A stretch of 64,000 nucleotides of DNA, from the NCBI GenBank assembly GCA_030650425.1, contig JAUSED010000012.1:142107-206106 (forward strand), given 5' to 3'. This stretch comes from Candidatus Omnitrophota bacterium. GTDB lineage: Bacteria > Omnitrophota > Gorgyraeia > Gygaellales > Profunditerraquicolaceae. A model generated the notes under the pieces. That model had not been told where the DNA came from. It searched no databases and was given only the letters and a program-made list of their open reading frames with translations. This document shows positions 1 through 8,892 of the stretch, piece by piece. Both the position numbers and the translations under genes were made by a program. How positions within the stretch are numbered: the stretch's first letter is position 1; each line of letters opens with the position of its first letter.

Positions 1-40
1 ACATTAACCCGTTTTTTAAGACTTTAAAAAAGTAAATGAG

Positions 41-81
41 GACATAACTTAGCGAGCCGCAGGTGAAGCTAAGTTATTGTC
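41..81 (+). promoter_or_regulatory. Imperfect hairpin (ataacttagc / gctaagttat, 14-nt loop) in the leader upstream of ccsA. It may be the upstream gene's terminator or an attenuator.
   Basis: Inverted repeat read directly. No T-run follows it. A strong SD (aaaggagg) lies just before ATG 145. Confidence 0.2.
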
Positions 82-144
82 CGAATTTATCCCGAGCCTC
101 AGCCATTTTTTCAAGTAAAAGGCGAGGGATCAACTAAAGGAGGA

Positions 145-918
145 GTGATGAATTCTACATACCTAAATATCGCCTTTGTGATGTATTTTCTGGCGACAGT
201 TTTTTATTGCGTAGGATTATTTTTCCGTAATAAATTCCTGCCGCTTTTGGGGAGAGTTTTTATTCTCTCGGGAGTTCTTAGCCTAACGCTGTATGCAGCT
301 ATGCGTTGGCAGGTCGCCGGAAGGCCGCCTTTAAGCAATATGTTCGAGTCGTTGGTGATCTTTGCCTGGGCAATCGGCTTGGTGCTTCTTTTCATTGATT
401 TAAGATATAAAATTAAAAGTGTTTCCGGCCTGACAGCCTTATTGGGTTTGTTGAGCTTGGGTTACGCCTCGTTTCTGGATAAAGAGTTAACCCCGCTGCT
501 GCCGGCCTTAAAAAGCAACTGGCTGACTATCCATGTATTAACCTGTTTTATCGGATACGCAGGCTTAACCGTGGGGTTTATTGCCAGCGCGGTTATCTTA
601 TTTAAGCAAAAAGAAATTGCTAAATTAGATACAATCGCGCATAAGGTGATTGCCTTTGGATTTTTATTTTTGACCTTGGGGATTATTACCGGCGCGGTTT
701 GGGCGAATTCTGCCTGGGGCACTTATTGGAGCTGGGATCCTAAAGAAACTTGGTCCTTGGTTACCTGGTTTATCTACGCCATCTATCTGCATATCCGTTT
801 TACCAAGGGTTGGAAAGAGCAGAAGGCAGCCTGGTTAGCGGTAATCGGGTTTTTAGCAATGTTATTTACTTATTTTGGGGTTAATTATTTACTATCAGGG
901 TTACATAGTTATGGATAA
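145..918 (+). CDS. ccsA: Cytochrome c biogenesis protein CcsA/ResC, the system II heme-handling membrane protein
   Basis: Polytopic membrane protein with the tryptophan-rich WWD-type motif WGTYWSWDPKETW. Two conserved His-containing loops are present. SD is aaaggagg. Confidence 0.75.
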   Translation: MMNSTYLNIAFVMYFLATVFYCVGLFFRNKFLPLLGRVFILSGVLSLTLYAAMRWQVAGRPPLSNMFESLVIFAWAIGLVLLFIDLRYKIKSVSGLTALLGLLSLGYASFLDKELTPLLPALKSNWLTIHVLTCFIGYAGLTVGFIASAVILFKQKEIAKLDTIAHKVIAFGFLFLTLGIITGAVWANSAWGTYWSWDPKETWSLVTWFIYAIYLHIRFTKGWKEQKAAWLAVIGFLAMLFTYFGVNYLLSGLHSYG

Positions 919-935
919 ATGAAAGGAGAAGTAAG

Positions 936-1589
936 TTGATGAGTAAAAACTTTTTAATCGGGTTATTGGTTTTAGCGGTAAGCCTTATAGCAGGGGATTT
1001 AGCTTTTGCTAAGATTACCGGTTCAGGTCATGATTTTTCATCGCAGGCATGGGAACTCAATCAGGAGATTTGTTTTCCGTGCCATATTCCGCATAATGCT
1101 ATGGCTAACACAGGCCAGGATAGATTGCCATTATGGAACCATGCTTTGACCACAGCCACATTCATCACCTATTCCAGTGATACCTTAGTTGCGGAAGACG
1201 TAGGTCAGCCGAGTTCTTCTTCTAAGGTCTGCTTAAGCTGTCATGATGGAACGGTTGCCCTGAATGCCTTTGGTGGTAGCACTGGGAGTTCTACCTTTGC
1301 GGTTGGGCCTTTAAAAGTCGGCACCGATCTTTCTCATAACCACCCCGTATCTTTTACTTATACTGCCACTTTAGTAAATAAGGACGGAGGCCTTAACGAT
1401 CCTTCAACGTCGGTATCTGCGTTAGGCGGTCAGACTATTGATTCAGGCATGCTTATCAAGGGTAAGGTTGAATGTTCCTCTTGTCATGATGTGCACGCAG
1501 CCAAAGGCAATGCTCAAACTGATAGTAGAAAACTATTGGTGGTAAGTATGGTACAAAGTGAGTTATGCTTAACTTGTCATAAGAAATAA
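936..1589 (+). CDS. Periplasmic tetraheme c-type cytochrome (doubled-CXXCH-like family)
   Basis: Signal peptide. Four CXXCH motifs: CFPCH, CLSCH, CSSCH, CLTCH. Its N-terminal module (CxxCHxPHNA...PLWN...CLSCHDGTVAL...HPVSF) is paralogous to the N-terminus of the ORF at 6483. Confidence 0.8.
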   Translation: MMSKNFLIGLLVLAVSLIAGDLAFAKITGSGHDFSSQAWELNQEICFPCHIPHNAMANTGQDRLPLWNHALTTATFITYSSDTLVAEDVGQPSSSSKVCLSCHDGTVALNAFGGSTGSSTFAVGPLKVGTDLSHNHPVSFTYTATLVNKDGGLNDPSTSVSALGGQTIDSGMLIKGKVECSSCHDVHAAKGNAQTDSRKLLVVSMVQSELCLTCHKK

Positions 1590-1596
1590 AATTAAA

Positions 1597-2658
1597 ATGC
1601 CAAGACTAAGGTTAGTTTATTTAATTCTTTTATTTTGTATTTCCGGCTGCGTAACCGCTTCCAAGATTACGCGGGAAAATATAGGGCCTATTTTTTACCC
1701 ATCTGCGCCTGATGCGCCGCGCATACAGTTTTTAGCCGCCTTTTCGTCTTCAGCTGACTTTGAAGGTTCGCCGAGTACATTTAGGAAATTCATTATCGGT
1801 GATGAGAAGGAGCGAAAGCCGATTGTCAAGCCTTATGGCGTGGCTGTGGATGGTCATAAGATCTATCTGTGTGATACGGTTAACAATACCATCGTTATAT
1901 TAGATTTTAGCGCAAGGAAATTTAGTTATTTTAATCCTAAGGGAAGGCTCCGTTTGCTTGAGCCGATTAATTTAGCCTTTGACGATAGTGGCAATATGTA
2001 TATTGCGGATGCCGGGCTGGGAGAAGTGGTAATTTTTGATAAGGATGGTAATTTTCTGGGGAGTATCGACAGGCAGGGGGAGCTTAAGCCCACCGGTGTT
2101 TTAATTAGCGGCCAAAATATTTATATTTGTGATTTAAAGACGCATTCGGTTAAAGCCTTTGACTTAAAAAGCAGGCAATATTTATTCAGCCTGCCCAGAG
2201 AAAACGCAAGCGAAGAAGCCAATCTTTTTTCTCCGACCAATATCGCCGCTGACGCGGAAGGGAATATTTATGTTTCAGATACCGGAGCATTTAGAGTGCA
2301 GAAATATAGCCCAAGCGGCGAATTCCTGCGCAGTATCGGCGCGCAGGGGGATTCTCTTGGCCGCTTCGCCCGGCCCAAAGGCATAGCGATAGATAAAAAT
2401 GGCAGGATCTATTGCGTTGACGCCGCCTTTGAAAATGTGCAGGTCTTTAACAAGCAGGCAAAGCTGCTTTTTTTCTTTGGAGAGCCGGCAAGCCCTGCAG
2501 CATTGGTTTTACCGGCAGGGATTGCTATAGATTATTCGTTAAAGGAATATTTTACCCCTTTGGCTGATCCGGGGTTTGAAATAGAATACCTTGTTTTAGT
2601 CACCAGCCAATATGGCGATAGAAAATTAAGCGTCTTTGGTTTTGGCCATAAAAAATGA
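1597..2658 (+). CDS. NHL-repeat (six-bladed beta-propeller) lipoprotein
   Basis: Signal peptide ending in a lipobox-like ISGC. Repeated NHL-like blades (IYVxD, IAxD, GxF). It is a paralog of the ORF at 5467, sharing the N-terminal motif P-AP--PRI-F. Confidence 0.65.
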   Translation: MPRLRLVYLILLFCISGCVTASKITRENIGPIFYPSAPDAPRIQFLAAFSSSADFEGSPSTFRKFIIGDEKERKPIVKPYGVAVDGHKIYLCDTVNNTIVILDFSARKFSYFNPKGRLRLLEPINLAFDDSGNMYIADAGLGEVVIFDKDGNFLGSIDRQGELKPTGVLISGQNIYICDLKTHSVKAFDLKSRQYLFSLPRENASEEANLFSPTNIAADAEGNIYVSDTGAFRVQKYSPSGEFLRSIGAQGDSLGRFARPKGIAIDKNGRIYCVDAAFENVQVFNKQAKLLFFFGEPASPAALVLPAGIAIDYSLKEYFTPLADPGFEIEYLVLVTSQYGDRKLSVFGFGHKK

Positions 2659-2710
2659 CAATGAAATTGTCATTGTGAGGCACGAAGTGCCGAATCAATC
2701 TTAAAATATT

Positions 2711-3256
2711 ATGATACGTAGATTATTTGTTTTATTTTTTTTTCTCCACTTTTTAAATGGCTGTAGTATCCAAGCCAAAGATAAATTATTACGCACTTTT
2801 TTTGACGGTGTGCCAGCCCCGGGGAAAGCTTCACCAATAGTTAAAGGAGAACACAAACAAGAGAACCAAGGAGTAAAGACAGAAAAGGTAGTACCGCAGG
2901 CCCCTATTCAATTCATCCATCAGCCTTTCTTAGAAAACCAGTGCGATGTCTGCCATGATACAAAATCTTCCCAGAAGCTGGTTTTAAAGGGTAAAGAATT
3001 ATGTTTTAGCTGTCACGATGATTTTACGAAAGATAAAAAGATAGCGCATTATCCGGTAAGCGAAGGCGCCTGTATTGATTGCCACGATCCGCATCAATCA
3101 GGGAATAAATTTATTTTAAAAGAAGCGCTGCCTAAGATTTGCTTTAATTGTCACGATGAAAAAGAGATAAGGGCAAACGTTGTTCATGAAGGCCAAAATA
3201 TTTGTAATGATTGCCATAATCCGCACGCTTCCAATGAGGAAAAATTACTGAAATGA
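2711..3256 (+). CDS. Pentaheme c-type cytochrome lipoprotein (c3/c7-like)
   Basis: Signal peptide with LNGC lipobox. Five CXXCH motifs: CDVCH, CFSCH, CIDCH, CFNCH, CNDCH. Confidence 0.8.
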   Translation: MIRRLFVLFFFLHFLNGCSIQAKDKLLRTFFDGVPAPGKASPIVKGEHKQENQGVKTEKVVPQAPIQFIHQPFLENQCDVCHDTKSSQKLVLKGKELCFSCHDDFTKDKKIAHYPVSEGACIDCHDPHQSGNKFILKEALPKICFNCHDEKEIRANVVHEGQNICNDCHNPHASNEEKLLK

Positions 3257-3576
3257 GAATCAAAGAAATCTTTCTTATAACTTTTATTCTGTTTTTGCCG
3301 TTAAGTATGATTTTGGCAGAAGGCCTGGACGAAAAAGCCCAGCTGCGCTATCAAGCGATGGAACAGGAGATGGATAAGCTTGCGGCGCGTAGAGATAAGG
3401 CAATGGAGGAAGCGATCAGGCCAAAGATAAGCAAAGATATGGCAGCCAGAGATAACTCGATGGATGAGACGATGGCTAAACTTACGCAAAAAAAGTCAAA
3501 AGAAAGGTTTTTTTTTACCCAAAAACCAAGCCTCTGGCTCTTGAGCCTAAAGCAGAATCCGATAATGCCCCGATAA
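3253..3576 (+). CDS. Small signal-peptide/coiled-coil ORF. It is probably the N-terminal part of the downstream outer-membrane protein gene, separated from it by a homopolymer frameshift.
   Basis: ATGA start/stop overlap with the upstream cytochrome gene. Clear signal peptide. A T9 run at 3508-3516 lies where the downstream ORF's frame is already open from 3480. Confidence 0.4.
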   Translation: MRIKEIFLITFILFLPLSMILAEGLDEKAQLRYQAMEQEMDKLAARRDKAMEEAIRPKISKDMAARDNSMDETMAKLTQKKSKERFFFTQKPSLWLLSLKQNPIMPR

Positions 3577-3632
3577 AGTTTTTCTCTCTGCAAAATACAC
3601 AAAATGCCGTTGAGTTTCGTTTTGAGAATGAA

Positions 3633-5465
3633 ATGGAAAGCAGCAGGACTACGTCTTCAGCAGTACCGTTTGATAGAAACAGATTATTATTTGAAGAACT
3701 GTTGGAGACTGATTTTAAGGGCTCAATCTACCATCCGAACTTTGCGGATATAGATATAAATTTGGAAAACGGTTTCAAGCAGACAAGCGAAAAATTTGAA
3801 CCCACTACAGAGGGTAAACTAAAGAATGGTTTCCTCAACCGTTTTCATATCTTATCCAGATTTTTCCGCCAGAAGCCCTATGCCTTTTCTTTATCCGCGG
3901 ATAGGTCAAGGCAGATCGAGAACCGGGAATTCTTCGAACGCCAGATTGTCGATGCTACTACCTACAGGGGTAGTTTTGGATTGAAGAATAAATTTATTCC
4001 TGCCAGTTTATTTGTGAGCAGTAGTTCCAAGACCATCGATAGGCAGGTAAGCCCGGTGGAGAAGATTGACGATAAACAGCTTAGGCTTAATTTAAGCAAT
4101 CAATCCGCGTTACTCGGAGAAACGCGTTTTGAGGCATCTCAAGATCAATTCTTACGCACAACATCCGACATCCCTGATCAAGAGGGGACAGCGCGCGATT
4201 TTGACCTTTGGAACCAAAAATCATTATCCGAAGATAATAAAAAACTCTTAAATTCCTCGTTACATTTTTATGGCCTTAGCGGAACAAGTAAAAGCAGCGC
4301 CTTCAATTTAAATGAAAACCTGAATATTGACCATACTGATTATTTAAACAGTGCCTACAATTACAATTTTCAGGATCGGACTTCTTCAGGCACAAGGATC
4401 AGGGATCATAAGTTTAACGCGGCTTTAAGGCACAGGTTCTATGAAAGCCTGACCTCTTTATTTAATCCGTATTATTTTAAAAGCGATAGCGCTTCTTTTT
4501 CACGGGAAACCCTTGGGTTTAATCTTGATGAAGATTATGTGAAAAAATTAGGTAAAATCGGAAGATTTAGCTCAGGTTTTGGTTTAAATTACGCGGAAGA
4601 ACAAAGAAAGGCATTCTCAGGCATTATTTCTATTATTGAAGAGCCGCATATCCTTAGGGCCGGCACCACTACATTTCTAGATCAGCCGAATGTGAATACA
4701 GCAACAGTGACTGTGAGAAGCTCAGATAAGCAGACTAAATATAACTTAGGCATTGATTATCAACTTAACAACGTCGGAGAGCGTACACAAATCCAAATAC
4801 TGTTGTCTGAACAGGGCCATACTATTACTGACGGAGCAGAAGTTTTAATTGATTATCAGGCGAGGGTTAGTCCATCCCTTAAATTCAATACCTTAGCTGA
4901 GAACTTTCGCTTACGTATGGATTTTCTTGATAACCTGTTTGGCGTATTCTATCGTTTAAATAAACAAGATCATCCAAGGGTTGTAGGCGATCAGGATAAC
5001 ACCTTGGAGACCCTTAGCGATACGGTTGTAGGCGTGGATTTTCATTTTAAAAACATAGACATCGAATTCGAAAATGAGGATTATGATTCTAATCTTTCTC
5101 CCTATAGGCAGATTAGGCTTAGGGAATCCGTATTTTTCAATCCTACTCCTGCGTCTACGTTAACCTTTCAATCTTCGCAAAGTAAAATTAGGCTGCTGAA
5201 TACGCGGGATACCCAGAAATTCTTTGATTTCATCAGCCGCTATTTTGTTAATTTAACTAGGCATATGCGTTTTAATGCTGAGGCAGGGTTTCGTTGGCAG
5301 GGTGGGGCAGGAGTTAGTTTGAATGATTTGATTGCCTCAGCAGGCTTTGAACTAAATTTAGGTAAATTCCTGATGGATATAAGGTATGATTTTAAGAATC
5401 AGTTAAATTTAGGCGAAAGATTAGTTAACCATTTCATCTTTACCAAGATCAAGCGTAAATTTTAA
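3633..5465 (+). CDS. Putative outer-membrane beta-barrel (porin-like) protein. It has no signal peptide of its own, and its frame is open upstream to 3480.
   Basis: 610 aa, rich in alternating-polarity beta-strand-like segments. The C-terminal residue is Phe (…KIKRKF), typical of OMP beta-barrels. No heme motifs. It is embedded in the cytochrome operon. Confidence 0.4.
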   Translation: MESSRTTSSAVPFDRNRLLFEELLETDFKGSIYHPNFADIDINLENGFKQTSEKFEPTTEGKLKNGFLNRFHILSRFFRQKPYAFSLSADRSRQIENREFFERQIVDATTYRGSFGLKNKFIPASLFVSSSSKTIDRQVSPVEKIDDKQLRLNLSNQSALLGETRFEASQDQFLRTTSDIPDQEGTARDFDLWNQKSLSEDNKKLLNSSLHFYGLSGTSKSSAFNLNENLNIDHTDYLNSAYNYNFQDRTSSGTRIRDHKFNAALRHRFYESLTSLFNPYYFKSDSASFSRETLGFNLDEDYVKKLGKIGRFSSGFGLNYAEEQRKAFSGIISIIEEPHILRAGTTTFLDQPNVNTATVTVRSSDKQTKYNLGIDYQLNNVGERTQIQILLSEQGHTITDGAEVLIDYQARVSPSLKFNTLAENFRLRMDFLDNLFGVFYRLNKQDHPRVVGDQDNTLETLSDTVVGVDFHFKNIDIEFENEDYDSNLSPYRQIRLRESVFFNPTPASTLTFQSSQSKIRLLNTRDTQKFFDFISRYFVNLTRHMRFNAEAGFRWQGGAGVSLNDLIASAGFELNLGKFLMDIRYDFKNQLNLGERLVNHFIFTKIKRKF

Positions 5466-5466
5466 T

Positions 5467-6486
5467 ATGTTTAAACCCAAACTCAAAAATTTATTTATAT
5501 TATTGATTTTCTTTTTTCAGGCTATAAATTGCGCATTTTGCGCTCAAGAAGAAGCTAGGATTGTCTGGCCAGCTGCGCCTTCTAGGCCGCGGATAGCTTT
5601 TGTCAGCTCTATTTATTCAGCGCAGGATCTAGGCATAAAAACAGGTTTTTTCCAGAAATTGAAGGCGATCATTTTTGGTACGCAGAGAGAAATTTTAAAT
5701 AAGCCGATGGCCGTGGCAGTGGATAAGGAGAGGGCAATTTACGTCTGTGACAGCGGGGATGCCTCGGTAAAGATATTTAAGCCGAAAGAAAAACTCTACC
5801 AGAAAATAACCAAGATTAACAATGAAGAGCTGATCTATCCTGTTGGTATAGCGGTAGCGGATGACGGCAGGGTTTTTATCTCTGATTCCACTTTGAAAAA
5901 AGTTTTCTGCTTGGACAAAAAGGCAAGGTATAAATTTACCATTGGCCAAGACAAAAGATTTTTAAGGCCTACAGGCTTAGCTGTGGCTTCCGGAAGGCTG
6001 TATGTTGTAGATACGCAGGCGCATAAGGTCATTATCTTTGATTTAATGGGTAATTTTATCCTAGAATTTGGCGCAAGAGGAAAAGGAGAGGGCGAATTTA
6101 ATTATCCTACCTCCATCGCTATTGATAATGAAAATAAAAGCTATATTGCGGATACAATGAACTGCAGGGCGCAGGTATTTGATAAAAATAACAAATTTTT
6201 ATACAGCTTGGGCCAGGCAGGGAACACCTCCGGTTCATTTAGCCGGCCTAAAGCTGTTGCGCTAGACAGCGAAGGCCATATCTATGTGGCCGATGGAATA
6301 TTTGATAATATTCAGATATTCAGCCAGAAGAGAGAATTCCTACTTTCAGTTGGCGAATCCGGACATAAGGATGGAGAATTTTGGATTCCCTCGGGTATTG
6401 CCATTGATGAGGATAATTATATCTATGTAGCGGATGCTTATAACCAGCGCATTCAAGTTTTTCGCTATATCGGGAGCGGGCAATGA
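5467..6486 (+). CDS. NHL-repeat beta-propeller protein (paralog of the ORF at 1597)
   Basis: Signal peptide and NHL-like repeats (IYVCD, VFISD, LYVVD, YIAD, IYVAD). Its stop overlaps the next start. Confidence 0.65.
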   Translation: MFKPKLKNLFILLIFFFQAINCAFCAQEEARIVWPAAPSRPRIAFVSSIYSAQDLGIKTGFFQKLKAIIFGTQREILNKPMAVAVDKERAIYVCDSGDASVKIFKPKEKLYQKITKINNEELIYPVGIAVADDGRVFISDSTLKKVFCLDKKARYKFTIGQDKRFLRPTGLAVASGRLYVVDTQAHKVIIFDLMGNFILEFGARGKGEGEFNYPTSIAIDNENKSYIADTMNCRAQVFDKNNKFLYSLGQAGNTSGSFSRPKAVALDSEGHIYVADGIFDNIQIFSQKREFLLSVGESGHKDGEFWIPSGIAIDEDNYIYVADAYNQRIQVFRYIGSGQ

Positions 6487-8204
6487 GTAAAGCCATCATC
6501 CATCATCCACTATTCGCTATAAGTTGTAGTCTTATGTTTTTGATTTTATCTTTTACGCCACCTTGCTTTGCCGGCAGTATTGTAAGTTCCAAACACAATC
6601 TTTCCTTAAGCGGGCCGGGAAATGTAAAAGCGTCTTCAGAAAGTGAAATTTGTATCTTCTGCCACACCCCGCATAATGCAAGCACGCAAGCGCCTTTATG
6701 GAACCGCTATGATTCAGGCCAGGTATATATTCCGTATACAAGCACGACCTTAAAAGCCAAAACCGGGCAGCCTACCGGCGCGTCTAAACTTTGCCTGAGC
6801 TGTCATGATGGAACGGTGGCTTTGGGTATGGTGCGTTCACGCAGCCAGCCTATTCAGTTTACCCAAGCTTTGACAGGAGAGGATAACCTTAGCACGGATT
6901 TATCTAATGACCATCCGGTATCGTTTAGATATGATTCCTCGCTTGCCTCTACAAATGGCCAGCTAAAAGATCCTGCTGGATTTAGCGGCTCTATTCGTCT
7001 GGATAAAGATGCTCAACTGCAATGCACAAGCTGTCATGATCCGCACAATGACCAGTTTGGGTCTTTCTTAAGAGTTGATGCTGCGCGGGGATCTTTATGC
7101 CTCACCTGTCACACGATGAACGGCTGGGATGAATCTATACACAAAAATTCAACCGCTTCCTGGAATGGCGCGTCTACCAACCCCTGGAAGCATACAGCGT
7201 GGAATAATGTGGCTGATAACGCCTGTCAGAATTGCCATACCCCCCATAACGCTGGAGGCAAGAAACGTTTATTGAATTATACCAACGAAGAGGATAACTG
7301 CTTATCTTGCCATAATGGAAATGTGGCGCAAAAGAATATACTTTCCGAATTTAATAAAATAAGCACTCATCCTATTTACAATGCTTCTGGTTTGCATGAT
7401 CCAGCGGAAGAGACGATCGTTACCTCCAATAGGCACGTGGAATGCGCGGATTGTCATAATCCTCATGCTGCCTCGGATACTGCTTCCGGTTCTCTTCCGG
7501 GCGCGTTAAGGAAGGTAAGAGGGGTAAACGCGCAAGGATTAGCTGTTGATGAGATTAAGAATGAATATGAACTATGTTTTCGTTGCCACGCGGACAGTAA
7601 TTATACAGGCCGTTTCTATACTAACCGTCAATACCCGGAGAGTAACGTGCGGCTTCAATTTGATCCTTCCAATCAGTCGTATCACCCGATAGAAAATATC
7701 GGCAGGAATGCGAATGTTCCGAGTTTAGTCGCGGGGTTGACAAACTCAAGCATAATCAGATGTATTGATTGTCATAATAACAATGCCAGCCGGGGAAATT
7801 TTGGTGTAGGCCCCGAAGGGCCGCACGGTTCGCTTTATAGCCCGCTCTTAGCGAGGAATTTAATCTTTGGAGATTATCAGGGGGAGAGCCTAAACACTTA
7901 CGCGCTCTGTTATAAATGCCATGATCGGAGCAGTATCTTAGGCAATAAGAGCTTTTCAAAACATAGAAAACATATTGTTGACGCGCATGCCCCTTGTACT
8001 GCCTGCCACGATCCGCATGGTGTAAGAAATACCCCGCATCTGATAAATTTTGACCGTAATATTGTCGGTGCGTATTCTTATGACGATGAAGCAGGAGAAG
8101 GATCTTCTTATACATCCGAGCCTTCTTATCAAAGCAACGGCCCTTTGCACGGGTCGTGCACGCTCACCTGCCATGGTAAAGGGCATAGGGGCAAACGCTA
8201 TTAA
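6483..8204 (+). CDS. Large periplasmic c-type cytochrome with 11-12 hemes
   Basis: Eleven CXXCH motifs plus one possible CX3CH (CTLTCH). The N-terminal module is paralogous to the ORF at 936. Confidence 0.8.
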   Translation: MSKAIIHHPLFAISCSLMFLILSFTPPCFAGSIVSSKHNLSLSGPGNVKASSESEICIFCHTPHNASTQAPLWNRYDSGQVYIPYTSTTLKAKTGQPTGASKLCLSCHDGTVALGMVRSRSQPIQFTQALTGEDNLSTDLSNDHPVSFRYDSSLASTNGQLKDPAGFSGSIRLDKDAQLQCTSCHDPHNDQFGSFLRVDAARGSLCLTCHTMNGWDESIHKNSTASWNGASTNPWKHTAWNNVADNACQNCHTPHNAGGKKRLLNYTNEEDNCLSCHNGNVAQKNILSEFNKISTHPIYNASGLHDPAEETIVTSNRHVECADCHNPHAASDTASGSLPGALRKVRGVNAQGLAVDEIKNEYELCFRCHADSNYTGRFYTNRQYPESNVRLQFDPSNQSYHPIENIGRNANVPSLVAGLTNSSIIRCIDCHNNNASRGNFGVGPEGPHGSLYSPLLARNLIFGDYQGESLNTYALCYKCHDRSSILGNKSFSKHRKHIVDAHAPCTACHDPHGVRNTPHLINFDRNIVGAYSYDDEAGEGSSYTSEPSYQSNGPLHGSCTLTCHGKGHRGKRY

Positions 8205-8260
8205 AAATAATGGGACCGTTTCTATTTTTCCCTAGTAGGGGATACTTTCCAACCTCTGCA

Positions 8261-8347
8261 GAAAGGGACACTTTCCGTCAGGGCTCTAACTAGAACTTCA
8301 AAAGGAAAATGTCCCTTTCTGACGTAAAGGAAAGTGTCCCCTGAGCG
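8261..8347. repeat. Intergenic hairpin element, copy 1. GGGACACTTTCC pairs with GGAAAGTGTCCC, and the 3' arm is duplicated.
   Basis: Read directly. A near-identical element sits at 51958-52059. Confidence 0.5.
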
Positions 8348-8370
8348 AAAAAATAGAACCGTCCCTTTTT

Positions 8371-8892
8371 TTAGATAATAGAAGAGAGTTTCTTATGCAG
8401 CTTTACAATATCTTCTAATTCCTTTTTCTTCAGCAGAGAGTCTATGGTAGTATGTAAATCAAGCCGACGGTGATCAAGATAACCCGCTGTGTGATTAAAT
8501 TCTTTAATCAGCTCACGGGTATCTTTGTTACCGCGTAGGTCTATTCGAAAAGCCGTGTTATTATTTTTAAGATTCTCTAAACCCTGGATAATTTTAGAAA
8601 ATAAGTTGTGGAGATTAAGATAGACGATTAATATAATAACGCAAGCCAAAAAGATACTCCCTAAAATCATCCAGATATTTACCTTGAGCACTATTGGGCT
8701 GATAATTTCCAAGCTTCGATTAAAGCTTACATGGGAACTGAATGCCGCATCCTCAAGCGCCTTTGCCGATAAGATATATATGGCAAATCCCGCGGCGATA
8801 ACTTCTATAAACAAAAACAGGGTAAAACCTAAAATAAAGGTAAGCTGAAAGTTTCCTTTTAGAAGAAATGGTTTTCTTTTTTGGTTACTCAT
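8371..8892 (-). CDS. Small membrane protein: 2 TM helices plus a HAMP-like domain, with no output domain
   Basis: Two hydrophobic helices are followed by a HAMP-like segment (…DTRELIKEFNHTAGYL). It overlaps the upstream cytochrome gene by 4 nt. Confidence 0.5.
   Translation of the reverse strand: MSNQKRKPFLLKGNFQLTFILGFTLFLFIEVIAAGFAIYILSAKALEDAAFSSHVSFNRSLEIISPIVLKVNIWMILGSIFLACVIILIVYLNLHNLFSKIIQGLENLKNNNTAFRIDLRGNKDTRELIKEFNHTAGYLDHRRLDLHTTIDSLLKKKELEDIVKLHKKLSSII

Noticed and set aside
8261-8347. Possible CRISPR repeats (GGAAAGTGTCCCC-containing units)
   Set aside because: There are only two or three irregularly spaced units with internal dyad symmetry. No regular repeat-spacer periodicity and no cas genes. 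A second copy 43 kb away indicates a dispersed hairpin element instead.
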